A stretch of DNA of 64,000 nt, taken from contig OX597840.1 of NCBI GenBank assembly GCA_951406725.2, forward strand, positions 2,170,001 to 2,234,000. Reading direction: 5' to 3'. The position numbers and the translations under genes are program-made. Position 1 is the first letter of the stretch. Each line of letters begins with the position of its first letter. This DNA comes from Octopus vulgaris. Lineage: Eukaryota. The notes beneath the pieces are model-generated. The model worked only from the letters and a program-made list of their open reading frames with translations. It was not told the DNA's origin and did no database searches. Positions 29,562 through 44,168 of the stretch are shown in pieces.

Positions 29562-29752
29562 ACATGTACGTACACACTCATATATACGGATCCAAAGGTA
29601 CAGATAGATATAAAGAGAGGAGACAGATCGATAGATAGATCGATACATATAAGCATATGCATATCATATATGTATACATATATATTCCTATACATATATA
29701 TATTCGTATATATATATATATATATATATGTGTGAGTGTGTATGTGTGTATG

Positions 29753-29818
<66 letters not shown>

Positions 29819-29863
29819 TATGCGTATAAATACATATATATATGTATATGTATATATATATAT

Positions 29864-29895
<32 letters not shown>

Positions 29896-29911
29896 GCATG
29901 TATATATGCGA

Positions 29912-30388
29912 TTATGTGTGACCAATAGGTTTCAGGACATCCTCTGATAACACAAAGGATAGTGATTGGACGATTTCCCTTCACTACTGCAGTCACATGT
30001 GAGATGTTTTTCTCAGTTCTGCTTGTTGCGTGTCTCCCTGAACGTTCATCAATATCGATATTTTTCTGCCATCTTGGAAACGTTTGAACCACTTTTACAC
30101 ATGTGTGCGGCCTATACACTTGTCTGCATGCACTTTCTACAGCTTTGCACAGACTTCAGAGCAGGTATTTTCATGAAAACTATCTATGTCATGGTAAATG
30201 TGACAATCACATGCTACACACTTTCCTTCCAAGCACTGCTGTAAACAGTCGCAAAAAGCTGGAATGTTAAAATTAAGTGCGCATACACAGTAAATTTCAA
30301 GGTCAATGTGTCCGAAGTGGCTTTACTGGCGTGCTTTAGCTTCATTATTTTAACAACTGACCGGATACTTATTGATCAGACCTTTTAT
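29912..30388 (-). mobile_element. Internally deleted mariner retaining the N-terminal HTH region
   Basis: Minus ORF ...[34 protein letters not shown] fits the D.ERSGRP..S...NI..V...DR.IT motif. TIR-like ends ccggatacttattgatcagacc (30361-30382) and tgtgtgaccaataggtttcagg (~29915). Confidence 0.8.
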
Positions 30389-30580
30389 AAGCACGCATGC
30401 TGCATTTTATTTTTCTTGTTACACGCAAGACATCGCTTTTTCGTGATCGCTCCATTACCGGAGAACGGAGAGGGACAAGCATTTTAGGACTACAGGTTTA
30501 ATATTCTTATCGGCCCAAAACAGTTTTATAAAACTTCAATTCAAAAACAACCGCAAGCACTTTTTTCACATTCTAAGATG

Positions 30581-30670
30581 TCTTTCTGATGAAGGAGGAT
30601 GGCACGAAACGTGGAGTATGTATTGTGTCCTACTTCTGAGCGTTAAACTAAAACAAAAATTCATTCACCA
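30581..30670 (+). mobile_element. Old P1-related PLE remnant with decayed hammerhead
   Basis: TCTTT CTGATGA A ...GAAACG followed by acttctgagcgttaaactaa, as in P1 copies. Stem II is broken. Confidence 0.45.
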
Positions 30671-30856
30671 GTAATATGTGTTCATATTGTTTTGTGTATT
30701 ATATTTCCAATAAAAAAACAACTATATAATCACATGCACACAAATATATATACACCTATCTATGTATATTGACATATATCTATATATATATACACATAAC
30801 TATGATTGCACATAGAAATTAAGATGATTGGTATATATGTATGTATGTATGTATAT

Positions 30857-30897
<41 letters not shown>

Positions 30898-30955
30898 GAT
30901 ATATATGTATATGTATATATATATATGTATATACATATATATATACATATATGCG

Positions 30956-30988
<33 letters not shown>

Positions 30989-31494
30989 TTGTGTGTGTTT
31001 GTGTGTGTGTATGTGTGTGTTTGTGTGTGTGTGTGTGTGTGTGTTTTGTGTGCCTCTGTGTAACTTCAAACTTAGAACTTAATCCATTCATACATGCTGT
31101 ACATATTTCCCTCAGGGGTATTTCTCAGGCTTGAATCATCAGTAACGCTCACACACACACACATACATACACACAAACACACACGCACGCATACACACAT
31201 CCATACACAAACACATATACAAACGCTCACGTATATATGTGTCTGTGTGTGTGTAAGCATGCATCTGTGTGATATTCAATATAAGATTATTTTTCGTTAA
31301 ATTCGAGCTGCATCAAATGGTCTTTATGATAGATATACATAAACATTTTAAGTTCTTTAAAAACCAGATATTTTGTGGGTGGAATCAACAGAAATGGTAA
31401 TTGAAAATCGAAAGCAAATGAAATACCAGAACTCTTCGTACAAATTATATAGCAGCACTAATTCCCAAAATATGCCATTTATGATACATACACA

Positions 31495-31537
<43 letters not shown>

Positions 31538-32400
31538 GCGTGTGTGTGTCTGTGTGTCTGTGTGTATATATATATGTATATAGGTATATATTGGCACATA
31601 GATATTTAGATAGTTATAGATGAATAGATATATATATATATATATACACACACATGCATATACGAAGAAAGTTAAATGTATATATATGTATACACATATA
31701 TAGTTATATACATATATATATATACCTATATATACCTATATAAACGTATATAAACGTATGTATATATATACTTATATGTTTTCTGTACGTCAATATATCT
31801 ATGAATCAAGTAATATATATATACATGTATATATGACTATATATCCCCCTATATAGTTATATAAACGTATGTATATATATATATATATATGCTTACATGC
31901 TTTCTGTACATCAATATATCTATGAATCAAGTAATATATATGTGTGTGTATACATATATATACATATACATACGTATAAATATTTATACATACGTAGACA
32001 CATATGCGTGTGCGTGTATATACCTTCTGTAATCAATTCGATTAATTTTTTTTCCAATATAATATTGACGAATTGAAACGGTTAAATATTATCAATTTGA
32101 ATATTTAAATTTTGGAAACAAGCGTAATATATTATAAAAGTTTTAGACAGATGAAGCATTAATGACGACATATACGTTTGCATGAATATATATGTGTATA
32201 TACGCAGGCACACACATATTTATATATGTATATATGCTTGTGTGCGTAATTGAATGTGCATCTATGAATGTATTTATGCAGCCTTATTACAATACAAACA
32301 CTCACACACACAACTATGAACATCCATATTCCAATATGAACAGTTATACACAGACGTTAGCGTATATATGTATATATATGTATATGCGTGTGTGTATACG

Positions 32401-32446
<46 letters not shown>

Positions 32447-32447
32447 G

Positions 32448-32503
<56 letters not shown>

Positions 32504-32773
32504 GTATATGTGTGTGTATGTATGTATGTATGTACATGCATGTGCAGAGCTCCGCATTAGAGTATGTGTCCATATTACTACACATATATCTGTGTCGATA
32601 TCGTTGTGAAGCATTTACATACATATGCAAACTTATATATACACATAGACACAAAGACACACACGCGCTGACATGAATGCATATGTTTATACACACATCC
32701 ATACATAAATACATATATATATATACATATATACATATATATATACATATATATATGCATATACATATATATA

Positions 32774-32915
<142 letters not shown>

Positions 32916-33192
32916 TTATATATATACAAATTGATATGCATGTATTAATGTATGTAAATATATTCAGAGTGAATATGTGTTTCTTGCTGTTTGTGTATCG
33001 ATGTAAGCAAATACGAACACAGTATACGAACGAGTGCATATGCTCGTGTATGCATGTGTCAAAATTCATATGCGAGTATGAACACCTATATGTGTGTACA
33101 TATGGGCGTGTGTAATTCTGCATACTTCTATATATATATATATGTATATGTGTGTACGAATATTTAATCTATTTGTGCGTATGTGTGTGTGT

Positions 33193-33249
<57 letters not shown>

Positions 33250-33671
33250 TGTGAGTGTGTGTCTGTGTGTGTGTGTGTAAGTTTTACGTGATGTTTGTAC
33301 GATCTGCGTCTTTTATCGCAATCCACCATCTTGCAATTTCTTTCCGTTTGATCTCCCAATATTTGTTAAACAACCTCATTTCCTCTCATCTTCTTTTCTT
33401 CTTCCTCTCTTTCTTTCTTTCTCTCTTCCTTTCATTTCTGTCTTTATCGGACGCTTGCTGTTTGCTTTTTGTTTTTGTTTGGTTGTGTGTGTGTGTATTA
33501 TGTTTTTTTTTTGGGTTTTGTTTTGTGTTTTTTTAAAGCTTTCTTCGTTATTCTTTTCTTATCAAGATGTCTGCTTAAAATAATAAAAAATAATATAGAT
33601 ATGACAATACAGTAAAAATAACAGTAATATTATCAACAATTTTTACAACTGCTATTAATACCAATGTTAAT

Positions 33672-33995
<324 letters not shown>

Positions 33996-34097
33996 ACTAT
34001 TAGTACGACTGCTGCTGCTCTGCTATTGCTGCTTTTCCTGCTGTGTATGCTTCTTCTGACAGTACAGCTGATAACGTTTAATAATGGTAATTTAATA

Positions 34098-34720
34098 ACG
34101 CAGCGAGCTAGCAGAAACGTTAGCACGTCGGGCGAAATGCTTAGCGGTATATCGTCTGCCGCTACGTTCTGAGTTCAAATTCCGCCGAGGTCGACTTTTC
34201 CTTTCATCCTTTCGGGGTCAATTATGTAAGTACCAGTTACGCACTGGGGTAAATATAATCGACTTAATCCGTTTGTCTGTCCTTCTTGTCTCTCTCTATG
34301 TTTAGCCCCTTGTGGGTAATATACGTTAGCACACCGGGCGAAATCCTTAGCGGTATTTCGCCTGCCTCTACGTTCTGAGTTCAAATTCCGCCGAGTTCGA
34401 CTTTGCCTTTCATCCTTTCGCGGTCGATTAAATAAATACCAGTTACGCACTGGGGTCGATATAATCAACTTAACCCGTTTGTCTGTTCTTGTTTATCCCT
34501 TCAGTGTTTAGCCCCTTGTGTATAGTACAGAAATAGGTATTTCGTCTGCTGTTACGTTCTGAGTTCAAATTCCTCCGAGGTTGACTTTGCCTTTCATCCT
34601 TTCGGGGTCGATTATATAAGTACCAGTTAAGCACTGGGGTCTATCTAATCGACTTAATACCTTTGTCTGTGCTTGTTTGTCCCTTCTATGTTTAGCTCCT
34701 TGGGGTTATAAAGCAATAAG
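34098..34720 (+). mobile_element. Head-to-tail trimer of SINE family B
   Basis: Three successive copies of GTATTTCGTCTGCCG..ACGTTCTGAGTTCAAATTCCGCCGAGGTCGACTTTGCC...TTTAGCCCCTTGTGGG, starting ~34098, ~34323 and ~34536. Confidence 0.9.
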
Positions 34721-35019
34721 AAACGCTAGGGGTACGTCGTTTATATTAACACAATTGCTCGAAAGAATGCTATAATGATGATGATGGTGATGATGATGAT
34801 GATGACGAGGACGATGACGCTGATGATGATGGTATTGGGGGTCGTGGTGGTGGTGATGGTTTTGATGGTAGTGATGGTGGCGGTGGTGATGGGGGGGAGG
34901 GTTGTGATGGTAGTGGTGTTGGTGTTGAGGGTCGTGGTGGTGGTGGTGGTTTTGATGGTGGTGATGGTGGTGGTGGTGATGGTGGGGAGGGTTGTGATGG
35001 TTGTGGTGATGGTTGTGGA

Positions 35020-35258
35020 AGTTTTAAGCAAACTCCAAAAGGAGTCGCCGAAAATGAGAATTGCAAAATCCTGTGAGATGCAGTTTCTCTCGTGAGATCA
35101 CCCGACCAGTCGTCGGAATCGGACATTGTTGAGGTGAATAAAAATGAAAGAACATGTATGATAATCGAAATAGCAGACCCCGGTGACAACAGGATCAGTG
35201 CGAAAGAAGAAGGAAAAAGAAACAACTATGACGATTTGAAGTGGGAAATACGAATGTT
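35020..35258 (+). pseudogene. R4/Dong-type REL endonuclease fragment, third family
   Basis: TPKGVAENENCKIL*D...SDIVEVNKNERTCMIIEIADPGDNRISAKEEGKRNNYDDLKWEIRM. Confidence 0.78.
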
Positions 35259-35264
35259 TGTGGT

Positions 35265-35312
<48 letters not shown>

Positions 35313-35320
<8 letters not shown>

Positions 35321-35618
35321 ATCACGTGACCGACCAGACCATCAGATGTTGTCACACGTCGCTGGTCACAATGCGCTCGCATTATTTTAGCCTTCGAATG
35401 ACGCCACCCCGCTGGCTAAGCGAGCAGGCCAACAGAGGAAAGAGTGAGAGAAAGAGTGGTGAAAGAGCACAGCAGGTATCACCATCCCCTGCCGGAGCGT
35501 CGTAGAACTTGTAGGTGTTTTCGCTCAATAAGCACTCACAACGCCCGGTCTGGGAATCGAAACCGCGATCCTACGACCGCGAGTCCGCTGCCCTAACCGC
35601 TGACCCACTGCGCCTCCA
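35313..35618 (-). mobile_element. tRNA-derived SINE family C, tail variant 2
   Basis: Head GGAGGCGCAGTGG..AGCGGTTAGGGCAGCGGACTCGCGG...GGTTTCGATTCCC is shared with 48922 and 52905. Tail ends CACGTGATCACGTGA plus (TA)n, shared with 62019-62141. Confidence 0.85.
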
Positions 35619-35654
35619 TATATATATATATATATATACTATATGCATGTGTGT

Positions 35655-35862
35655 GTATATATTTGTGTTAGTGTGTGTGCCGAACATCGCCTGACAACCG
35701 ATGCTTGTGTGTTTACGTCCCCGTAACATAGCGGTTCGGCAAAAGAGACCGCTAGAATAAGTACTAGGCTTACAAACAATAAGTCCTAAGGTCGATTTGA
35801 TCGACTAAAGGCGGTGCTCCAACATGGCCGCTGTCAAAAATGGCTTAAACAAGTAAAAGAGT
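35655..35862 (+). mobile_element. SINE family A, 3' half
   Basis: GACAACCGATGC...AAACAAGTAAAAGAG. Confidence 0.8.
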
Positions 35863-36169
35863 AAGGGTTCCTTCTGCGAACGATTCCCCGGTCTCACTAT
35901 AAATGACAAAAAATTATTTTAAAAATTTCTGTACGATTTTTGGTGCTGGGGACTTTCTCGCTATTAGCGATTCCAGTATTTGACTGGATACTCTATTTTC
36001 TTGGCCTCAGACGGATGAAAATCTTGTTCAGATTTTATTTCTATGCACAAGGAACCAGAAGGAATGGCGTTAGTAAATTTTTGACGCTTCAGCAAACCCG
36101 ACAATTTATCGACCTTAACAACAATAAAAAGAATACAGTAAAGAGAAATAAAAAGAATTTCTCCAAAAG

Positions 36170-36332
36170 TAACAATAACAATATTAACGAAAATAATAAT
36201 TATAATAATGATTATGATGAAGATAATAATGATGATGAAGATGATGACGATGTTGAAGACGACGAGGATGATGAGGAAGATGACAACGAGGTTGATAAGG
36301 ATGATGACGTTGAGGATGATAAGGCTGACGAT

Positions 36333-36372
<40 letters not shown>

Positions 36373-36403
36373 TGTAGTTGTAGTAGTAGTAGTAGTAGTT
36401 GTT

Positions 36404-36435
<32 letters not shown>

Positions 36436-36519
36436 GCTGGTGCTGGTGGTGGTGGTGGTGTCGGTTGTGGTGTTGGCAGTAGTAGTGATGGTGGTGGTGG
36501 TGGTAGTGATAGTAGTAGC

Positions 36520-36584
<65 letters not shown>

Positions 36585-36718
36585 AATCTGAGTTATCGAG
36601 TTAGCCATAGCTGCTACAAAAGTGATCATATCTGGAACAACAGCGAAAAACAACGTCGACCGATAAAACAAAAATTATGCTGGCAGGCTTTAATATGGCA
36701 ACAGTAACAAGAACAAGA

Positions 36719-36749
<31 letters not shown>

Positions 36750-36810
36750 AAGAAGAAGAAGAAGAAGAAGAAGACGAAGAAGAAGAAGAAAAAGAAGAAG
36801 AAGAAGAAGA
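36170..36810. repeat. Compound (GAT)/(AGT)/(GGT) and (AAG)n tracts
   Basis: Direct reading. Confidence 0.9.
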
Positions 36811-37006
36811 GAACTGTTTTACTTAAATGTGATGAGCGTTCGATATGTTTTACATATGTGTATATAGAAAAATGCACACACATATACAAACATATTTGTG
36901 TATATGTATATTCATATTTATCTATATAGATACACACACACTCGTAAATACACACACACACACACATATCTATATATATATATTATATATATATGTAGAT
37001 ATACGT

Positions 37007-37064
<58 letters not shown>

Positions 37065-37178
37065 ATGTGTGTATGTTTGAATGTGTGTATGTATGTCTAT
37101 GCATGTATGAATGTATATATGAATATATATATGTAAGTCAAGGCATAAATACTGGTCGTTACATGCACGTACACACGG

Positions 37179-37266
<88 letters not shown>

Positions 37267-37291
37267 ATATATATATATGTATGTATGCATG

Positions 37292-37345
<54 letters not shown>

Positions 37346-37944
37346 CTTGCCTACAAGTGGGAAAGTATTGATAGAGACTGATAAAGTTTATACACGACAT
37401 ACATCATCCTCGACCTGTTATTCAGCAGTTTCTGCACAGATAATTCTGTCTTCAAAACCCCGTACCTAATCAGTCTGGGTGTATCGTTGTCAATTCCATT
37501 ACCAATAGAACTGCCTCGGTTGGGAATAAAGGTGCATAATAGACAAAATGTTATATCGAAAATGAAATATCCTCACACAAACGTTCACAAATTAATCAAC
37601 AAGGAAGAAATGTGAAGCATAGAACCTTATCGGATTGTAAATATGCATAGAAGCAACAGCTTTGCACATAATTACACTTAGATATTTTCAAACAAAGTTT
37701 TTGAAATATTTTAAGGAATTCTTGAATTACTTAGAGCAATGTCCTAATTCTATAGAGTGAAAGACATCACTGCAGCAACAAAGATTGTGCATTCCAGTAT
37801 ATCACTGTACACTCTACAGGCAATATTGTCTTCTTCTGAAATAGACTTTGTGAGACACCTAACAAGACGAATAAATTACACAAAGACCAAATTTTTTGTA
37901 CAGAAAATGCCAACTGTAATATATTTATCTATCTATTTATAGTT

Positions 37945-38140
37945 AATCCAAACATGAAAGCACAAAAAAAAACACAACAGCGCGAGGACATGGAACAAAT
38001 ATAGTATTATTGGACGCTCCGGAAAGAAGGAGGATATATCGTTTCGAGCGGAGCTCTTCGTCGGAAACATAGGAGAAGGAAAGATCCAGAGAAGTGGAGA
38101 CAGAGGAAAAAAATCGCCAACGGTACACACGCGGTCACAT
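37945..38140 (-). mobile_element. Penelope-like pLTR fragment, family P2, with degenerate minimal hammerhead at 38031-38069
   Basis: Minus strand GUUU CCGACGA A GAGC UCC GCUC GAAAC. Same GAGC/GCUC stem II and extra A as family P1. Confidence 0.55.
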
Positions 38141-38251
38141 TTTGAGATATATATATATCTATATGTACCTATCTATCTACCTATACATACATACATACAA
38201 ACATACTTACATACATACAAACATACATACATACATACATACATACATACA

Positions 38252-38283
<32 letters not shown>

Positions 38284-38335
38284 CGTGTGTTCTTATGTGT
38301 GTCCTCCTGTGCGTGTGCTTGTTTATGTATGTTTT

Positions 38336-38744
38336 TTCTATTACTTGTTTCAGTCATTTGACTGCGGCCATGCTGGAGCACCGCCTTTTGGTCGTGCCAA
38401 TCGACCCCAGGACTTATTCTTTGTAAGCCTAGTACTTATTCAATCGGTCTCTTTTGCCGAACCGCTAAGTTACGTGGACGTGAACACACCACCATCAGTT
38501 GTCAAGCGATGTTGGAGGGACAAAGACAGACACACAAACACAGACACACACACGCATATATATATATATATACATATATACGACGGGCTTATTTCAGTTT
38601 CCGTCTACCAAATCCACACACAAGGCTTTGGTCGACCCGAGGCTATAGTAGAAGACACTTGCCCAAGGTGCCACGCAGTGGGACTGAACTCGGAATCATG
38701 TTGTTGGTAAGCAAGCTACTTACCACTCAGCCACTCCTGCACCT
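38336..38744 (-). mobile_element. SINE family A, near full length
   Basis: Matches the family A copies elsewhere in the window. Confidence 0.9.
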
Positions 38745-38889
38745 GTATGTTCAGTTTATTTCAAGATTTCCTTGTCAAAAGAACCTTCATTGGAGTTTCA
38801 TCATCAACAACATACATGTAACGTTCCTCGTCAGATAAAGGGGAAACAGTATCATCATTCATGGACATGCTACTCGTCTGGTTTATATC

Positions 38890-39241
38890 TATGTATATAT
38901 GTATGTATGCATGTATGTATGTATGTATGTATGTATGTATGTATGTATGTATGTATGTATGTATGTATGTATGTATGTATGTATGTTTGCATGTATGTAT
39001 GTATGTATGTATGTATGTATATATGTATGTATGTATGTATATATGTATGTATGTTTGCATGTATGTATGTATGTATGTATGTATGTATGTATGTATGCAT
39101 GCATGTATGTATGTATGTATGTATGTATGTATGTATGTATGTATATATGTATGTATGTTTGCATGTATGTATGTATGTATGTATGTATGTATGTATGTTT
39201 GTATGTATGTATGTATGTATGTATGTATGTATGTATGTATG

Positions 39242-39272
<31 letters not shown>

Positions 39273-39301
39273 ATATCTATGTATATATGTATGTATGCAT
39301 G

Positions 39302-39335
<34 letters not shown>

Positions 39336-39608
39336 TGTATATACATGTATGTATGTATATATGTATGTATGTATGTTTGCATGTATGTATGTATGTATGT
39401 ATGTATATATGTATGTATGTATGTATGTACGTATGTATGTGTACACGTGCGTCTTTATTGCTTTATATCCGTAGATAAATATAAATACCTACGAGTGTGT
39501 ATAATACGTAAAAATGATACCACCAATTGCAATGCACTCTTACGAGCTTATGTGTGTACATTTGATATTATATACATACATGTGTATATGTGTGTATATG
39601 CGTATGTG

Positions 39609-39662
<54 letters not shown>

Positions 39663-40540
39663 CATACGTATATACATTTACTTACATACTCATAACCATA
39701 TGTATTATAAAATGTATAACACACCTACATTCATTTATTTATTTAGATACGCACATATGTATGTATACTGGGATTCGTGTCCCTGTGTGTTCGTGTGTAC
39801 ACATATATAAGTACATACATACAGGTATGTATGTATGTATGTATGAATGTACGTATGTATGTATGTAATGTATGATATGTATGTATGTATGTATGTATGT
39901 GTGTTTGTATGTATGTATGAATGTATGTATGTATGTATGTATGTATTTATGTATGTAATGTATGTATGTATGTATGTAATGTTTGTATGTATGTATGTAT
40001 TATGTAATGTATGTATGTATGTAATGTATGTATGTAAGTATGTATGTGTGTATGTATGTATGTATGTAATGTATGTATGTACGTAATGTATGGATGTATG
40101 TATGTATGTGTGTATGTATGGATGGATGTATGTATGTATGTGTGTATGTATGTATGAATGTATGTGTGTATATATGTATGTATTATGTATGTATGTATGT
40201 ATTATGTATGTATGTATGTATTATGTATGTATGTATTATGTATGTATGTATTATGTATGTATATTTGTATGTATGTATGTATGTGTGTATGTATGTATGT
40301 AATGTATGTATGTATGTATGTATGTGTGTTTGTATGTATGAATGTATGTATGTATGTATGTATGTATGTGAGTATGTATGTATGTAATGTATGTATGTAT
40401 GCATGTATGTAATGTATGTATGTATGTAATGTATGTATGTAATGTATGTATGTATGTAATGTATGTATGTATGTGTGTATGTATGTATGTATGTATGTGT
40501 GTATGTATGTATGTATGTATGTATGTATGTATGTATGTGT
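38890..40540. repeat. Two long degenerate (ATGT)n tracts (38890-39440, 39825-40540)
   Basis: Direct reading; source of the 307-aa MYVC ORF. Confidence 0.95.
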
Positions 40541-40719
40541 GGTTAAGGATACGTATATAAGAATGTAGGAATATATATATATAAAATATATATAGATATA
40601 TATGTATATAAAACATCATTACCTTTGTATGTACAGATCCCTACCAACATATGTATGTACATTTGTATGTATGTGTATACATATATGTATTTACATATAT
40701 CATATATTTATACACACAC

Positions 40720-40752
<33 letters not shown>

Positions 40753-41463
40753 CTTTCATACATATGTACACATACACATATGTATATATAGATGAATATA
40801 TTGAAATATATATCAATGTACGTACATATATATATATTTGTGAGTGTATGAGTATTTGTATCTATGTATGTATATTGTATTTCCTCAGCAAATTCCTGTA
40901 AATATCCGTACATAATTACGTTTGTTATTGTAGAAAGAAAAAAATATAATAAGCTAATAACAAATTGCAACAGAATTACAAAACCATATATACCACTTAG
41001 GCTTCGCACCATATTATATCCCTGTTGCGTTACACAAACATTTTATACACACACACACACACACGCACACAGAATCGCGTGCGCAAACACACAGACAGAA
41101 ACACACAGACGGAAACACATACGCACACATATATGCGGACTACATATGTATCTGTGCATTTATTTCGGTGCACATGTAAGATAAGGAATGAACGTAATGA
41201 GGTGTGGAAAATTTTGCGGTCGGCTTCAAAGCTGACGAGTCGAGGCCTCGCATGAAGACGCAAGCAAGTGGAAATTTCTAGCGCCATATATTGCGAATAT
41301 TCGCCGCGTTCAAACGGGTTGTGATTTAAGTAGCTGTGATGTGCATGTGATATGTACATCTCCACGCATAGAAACACACACATATTTATGTACATATGTT
41401 TATACATATAATTATATATATACATATATATATGCGTGTGTGTGTGTGTTTAAGAATGTGTGC

Positions 41464-41507
<44 letters not shown>

Positions 41508-41569
41508 CATGCATATATGATAGCACATACAAAGTCATATAAACGTTATGTGTGTATGAATGTGTGTAC

Positions 41570-41601
<32 letters not shown>

Positions 41602-41730
41602 ACGTATGTATGAATTATGTGCGCGTTTATCTATATATATATATACACATACATATTCATAAGCATATACTTCTGTATAAATCAATGTATATAAAAATAC
41701 AAATATATATACATATATCTTTATAAATAT

Positions 41731-41770
<40 letters not shown>

Positions 41771-41855
41771 GCATATATATACATATGTATATACATGTAT
41801 ATATATACATATATATATACATATATATATAAATACATATATATATATTTATATA

Positions 41856-41903
<48 letters not shown>

Positions 41904-41989
41904 TATATGCATACATATTAATATCTATGCGCATATACACACATATGTTTAGAGAGAGAAGGGAAGAGCGGGATAGAGTGGGGATGAAC

Positions 41990-42040
<51 letters not shown>

Positions 42041-42449
42041 ACACACACATACACACAGATTATTCGTTTCATATAGCGGGGACAAAGGACCGCTCGCTAG
42101 CAACATCCATATAAACAATCTACCTGACCCGTCCTCTCGTAGGCTACTCCCTGACCACACGAGATAACAACTATTCGAATCCCTCCACGATCACCGAATC
42201 TTAAGTCATTCACCACATCCGTTGTGCATGGAATAAACCTCGCTTTTATTCCCTTATGCTCTTCGCGGACTCTTTAATTTCTTTTTTTCGCGATCATGTT
42301 TCGTTTCTATCGTATAGTTAATATTCTTATTTCTGAATTCCTTTCGCTGCACTTAACTGTTCTTTTGAGCTCTTTTAGAAAGGAAATGCATTACAATTGT
42401 ACGTATTCAGATGTGAACTGCACGTGCATGTTTGATTATATACATGTAT

Positions 42450-42544
<95 letters not shown>

Positions 42545-42569
42545 ATATATGTATGTACATATATATGTA

Positions 42570-42622
<53 letters not shown>

Positions 42623-42624
<2 letters not shown>

Positions 42625-43020
42625 CACAGCAATGGCTGTGTGGTAAGTAGCTTGCTTACCAACCACATGGTCATGGGCTCAGTCCACTGCGTTGCACCTT
42701 GGTCAAGTGTCTTCTACTATAGCCTCGGGCCGACCAAAGCCTTGAGAGTGGATTTGGTAGACGGAAGAAGCCCGTCGTATATGTATATGTGTGTGTGTGT
42801 GTGTGTGTGTGCTTATGTGTCTGTGTTTGTCTCCTCAACAACGCTTGACAACCGATGCTGGTGTGTTTACGTCCCCGTAACGTAGCGGTTCGGTTTAAGA
42901 GACCGATAGAATAAGTACTAGGCTTACAGAGAATAAGCTCTGGGGTCGATCTGCTCGACTAAAGGTGATGCTCCAGCATGGCCGCATTCAAATGACTGAA
43001 ATATGTAAAAGAATAAAAGA
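42623..43020 (+). mobile_element. SINE family A
   Basis: Head, body and tail motifs present. Confidence 0.88.
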
Positions 43021-43035
43021 ATGTATATATACACG

Positions 43036-43297
43036 TGGAGGCGTGTGGCTTGGTGGTTTGGATGTGACCACCATGGAATCGAAACTACGAAGATTGTGGT
43101 TTCGATTCCCGGACTGGGCGACGCGCTGTGTTCTTCATCAAAACACTTCATTTCACGTTGCTCCAGTCCACTCAGCTGGCAAAAATGAGTAACGCTGCGA
43201 TGGACTGACGTCCCGTCCAGCTGGGGAACACATACGCCATAGAAACCGGGAAACCGGGCCCATGTGCCTGGCTAGGCTTTAAAAGGGCCCATTTATT
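43036..43297 (+). mobile_element. tRNA-derived SINE, family C-related
   Basis: A/B-box-like TGGCTTGGTGG and GTTTCGATTCCC; GCGATGGACTG.CGTCCCGTCCAG...GAAACCGGGAAACCGG block shared with 48922 and 52605. Confidence 0.82.
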
Positions 43298-43345
43298 TAT
43301 ATCATTTATTATATATATACACATATACATGTATATCTATCTATC

Positions 43346-43377
<32 letters not shown>

Positions 43378-43454
43378 TGTATGTATGTATGTATGTATGT
43401 ATGTATGTATGTATGTATGTATGTATGTATGTATGTATGTATGTACATTTGGTT

Positions 43455-43757
43455 GTTCCAGTGCGCGTTAGGTTATTCAGGCTAGGATCATAATGTCATG
43501 ATTTCGATACCCATCGGCGGATTTATCCTTGAGGGAAGCTCTTAATATCCCGTTACTCTGGCGCACTCGGTTGGCTAAACTCAATTGTACCTGTAATTGA
43601 GAGGGCCAGCCCTGTCATATTCAGTGTCACGCTGAAGCTCCCTGAATACTACGTTAAGGGTATGTGTCTGTGGAGTGCTCAGCCACTTGCACGTTAATTT
43701 CACGAGCAGGCTTTTCCATTGATCGGTCAACGGTCGTCGTTATAACCGACGGAATGC
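43455..43757 (+). mobile_element. Older SINE family D
   Basis: CAGTGTCACGCTGAA...CTACGTTAAGGG...CAGCCACTTGCACGTTAATTTCACGAGC. Relatives at 44175-44438 (+) and 47150-47372 (-). Confidence 0.65.
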
Positions 43758-43769
43758 AAGTATTTATAT

Positions 43770-43846
43770 GCATGGCTATGCGGTAAGAACCTTGCTTCCC
43801 AACCACGTTTCCAGGTTCAGTACTACTGCGTTGAATCTTGGGCTGA

Positions 43847-43908
<62 letters not shown>

Positions 43909-44090
43909 GTGTTTGTCCCCTACATCACCTGACAACCGATGTTAGTGTGTTTACGTCCCCGTACTTTAGCGGTTCAACAAAAAATCCTAGGCTTACAAAG
44001 AATAAGTCTTGGGTTCGATTTGTTCGACTAAAGGCGGTGATCCAGCATGACCGCAGTCAAATAACTGAAATAAGTAAATGAATAAAAGGA
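43770..44090 (+). mobile_element. SINE family A, internally deleted
   Basis: Diverged head plus 3' half. Confidence 0.75.
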
Positions 44091-44115
44091 TATATACTGG
44101 CACACACACATCACA

Positions 44116-44168
<53 letters not shown>

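Noticed and set aside
34098-34720. CRISPR-like or satellite array
   Set aside because: The units are SINE copies without unique spacers, in a eukaryotic context.
38772-39695. Longest ORF (307 aa) and all other YI/CV/MYVC/poly-I/M/V ORFs
   Set aside because: Translations of (TA)n, (TG)n, (ATGT)n and trinucleotide tracts, which lack stops in some frames; no domain signal.
41232-41263. Hammerhead-like CUGACGA-GUC...GAC-GCAA
   Set aside because: GAAA is broken and no credible stem I, stem III or cleavage site could be formed in type I or type III topology.
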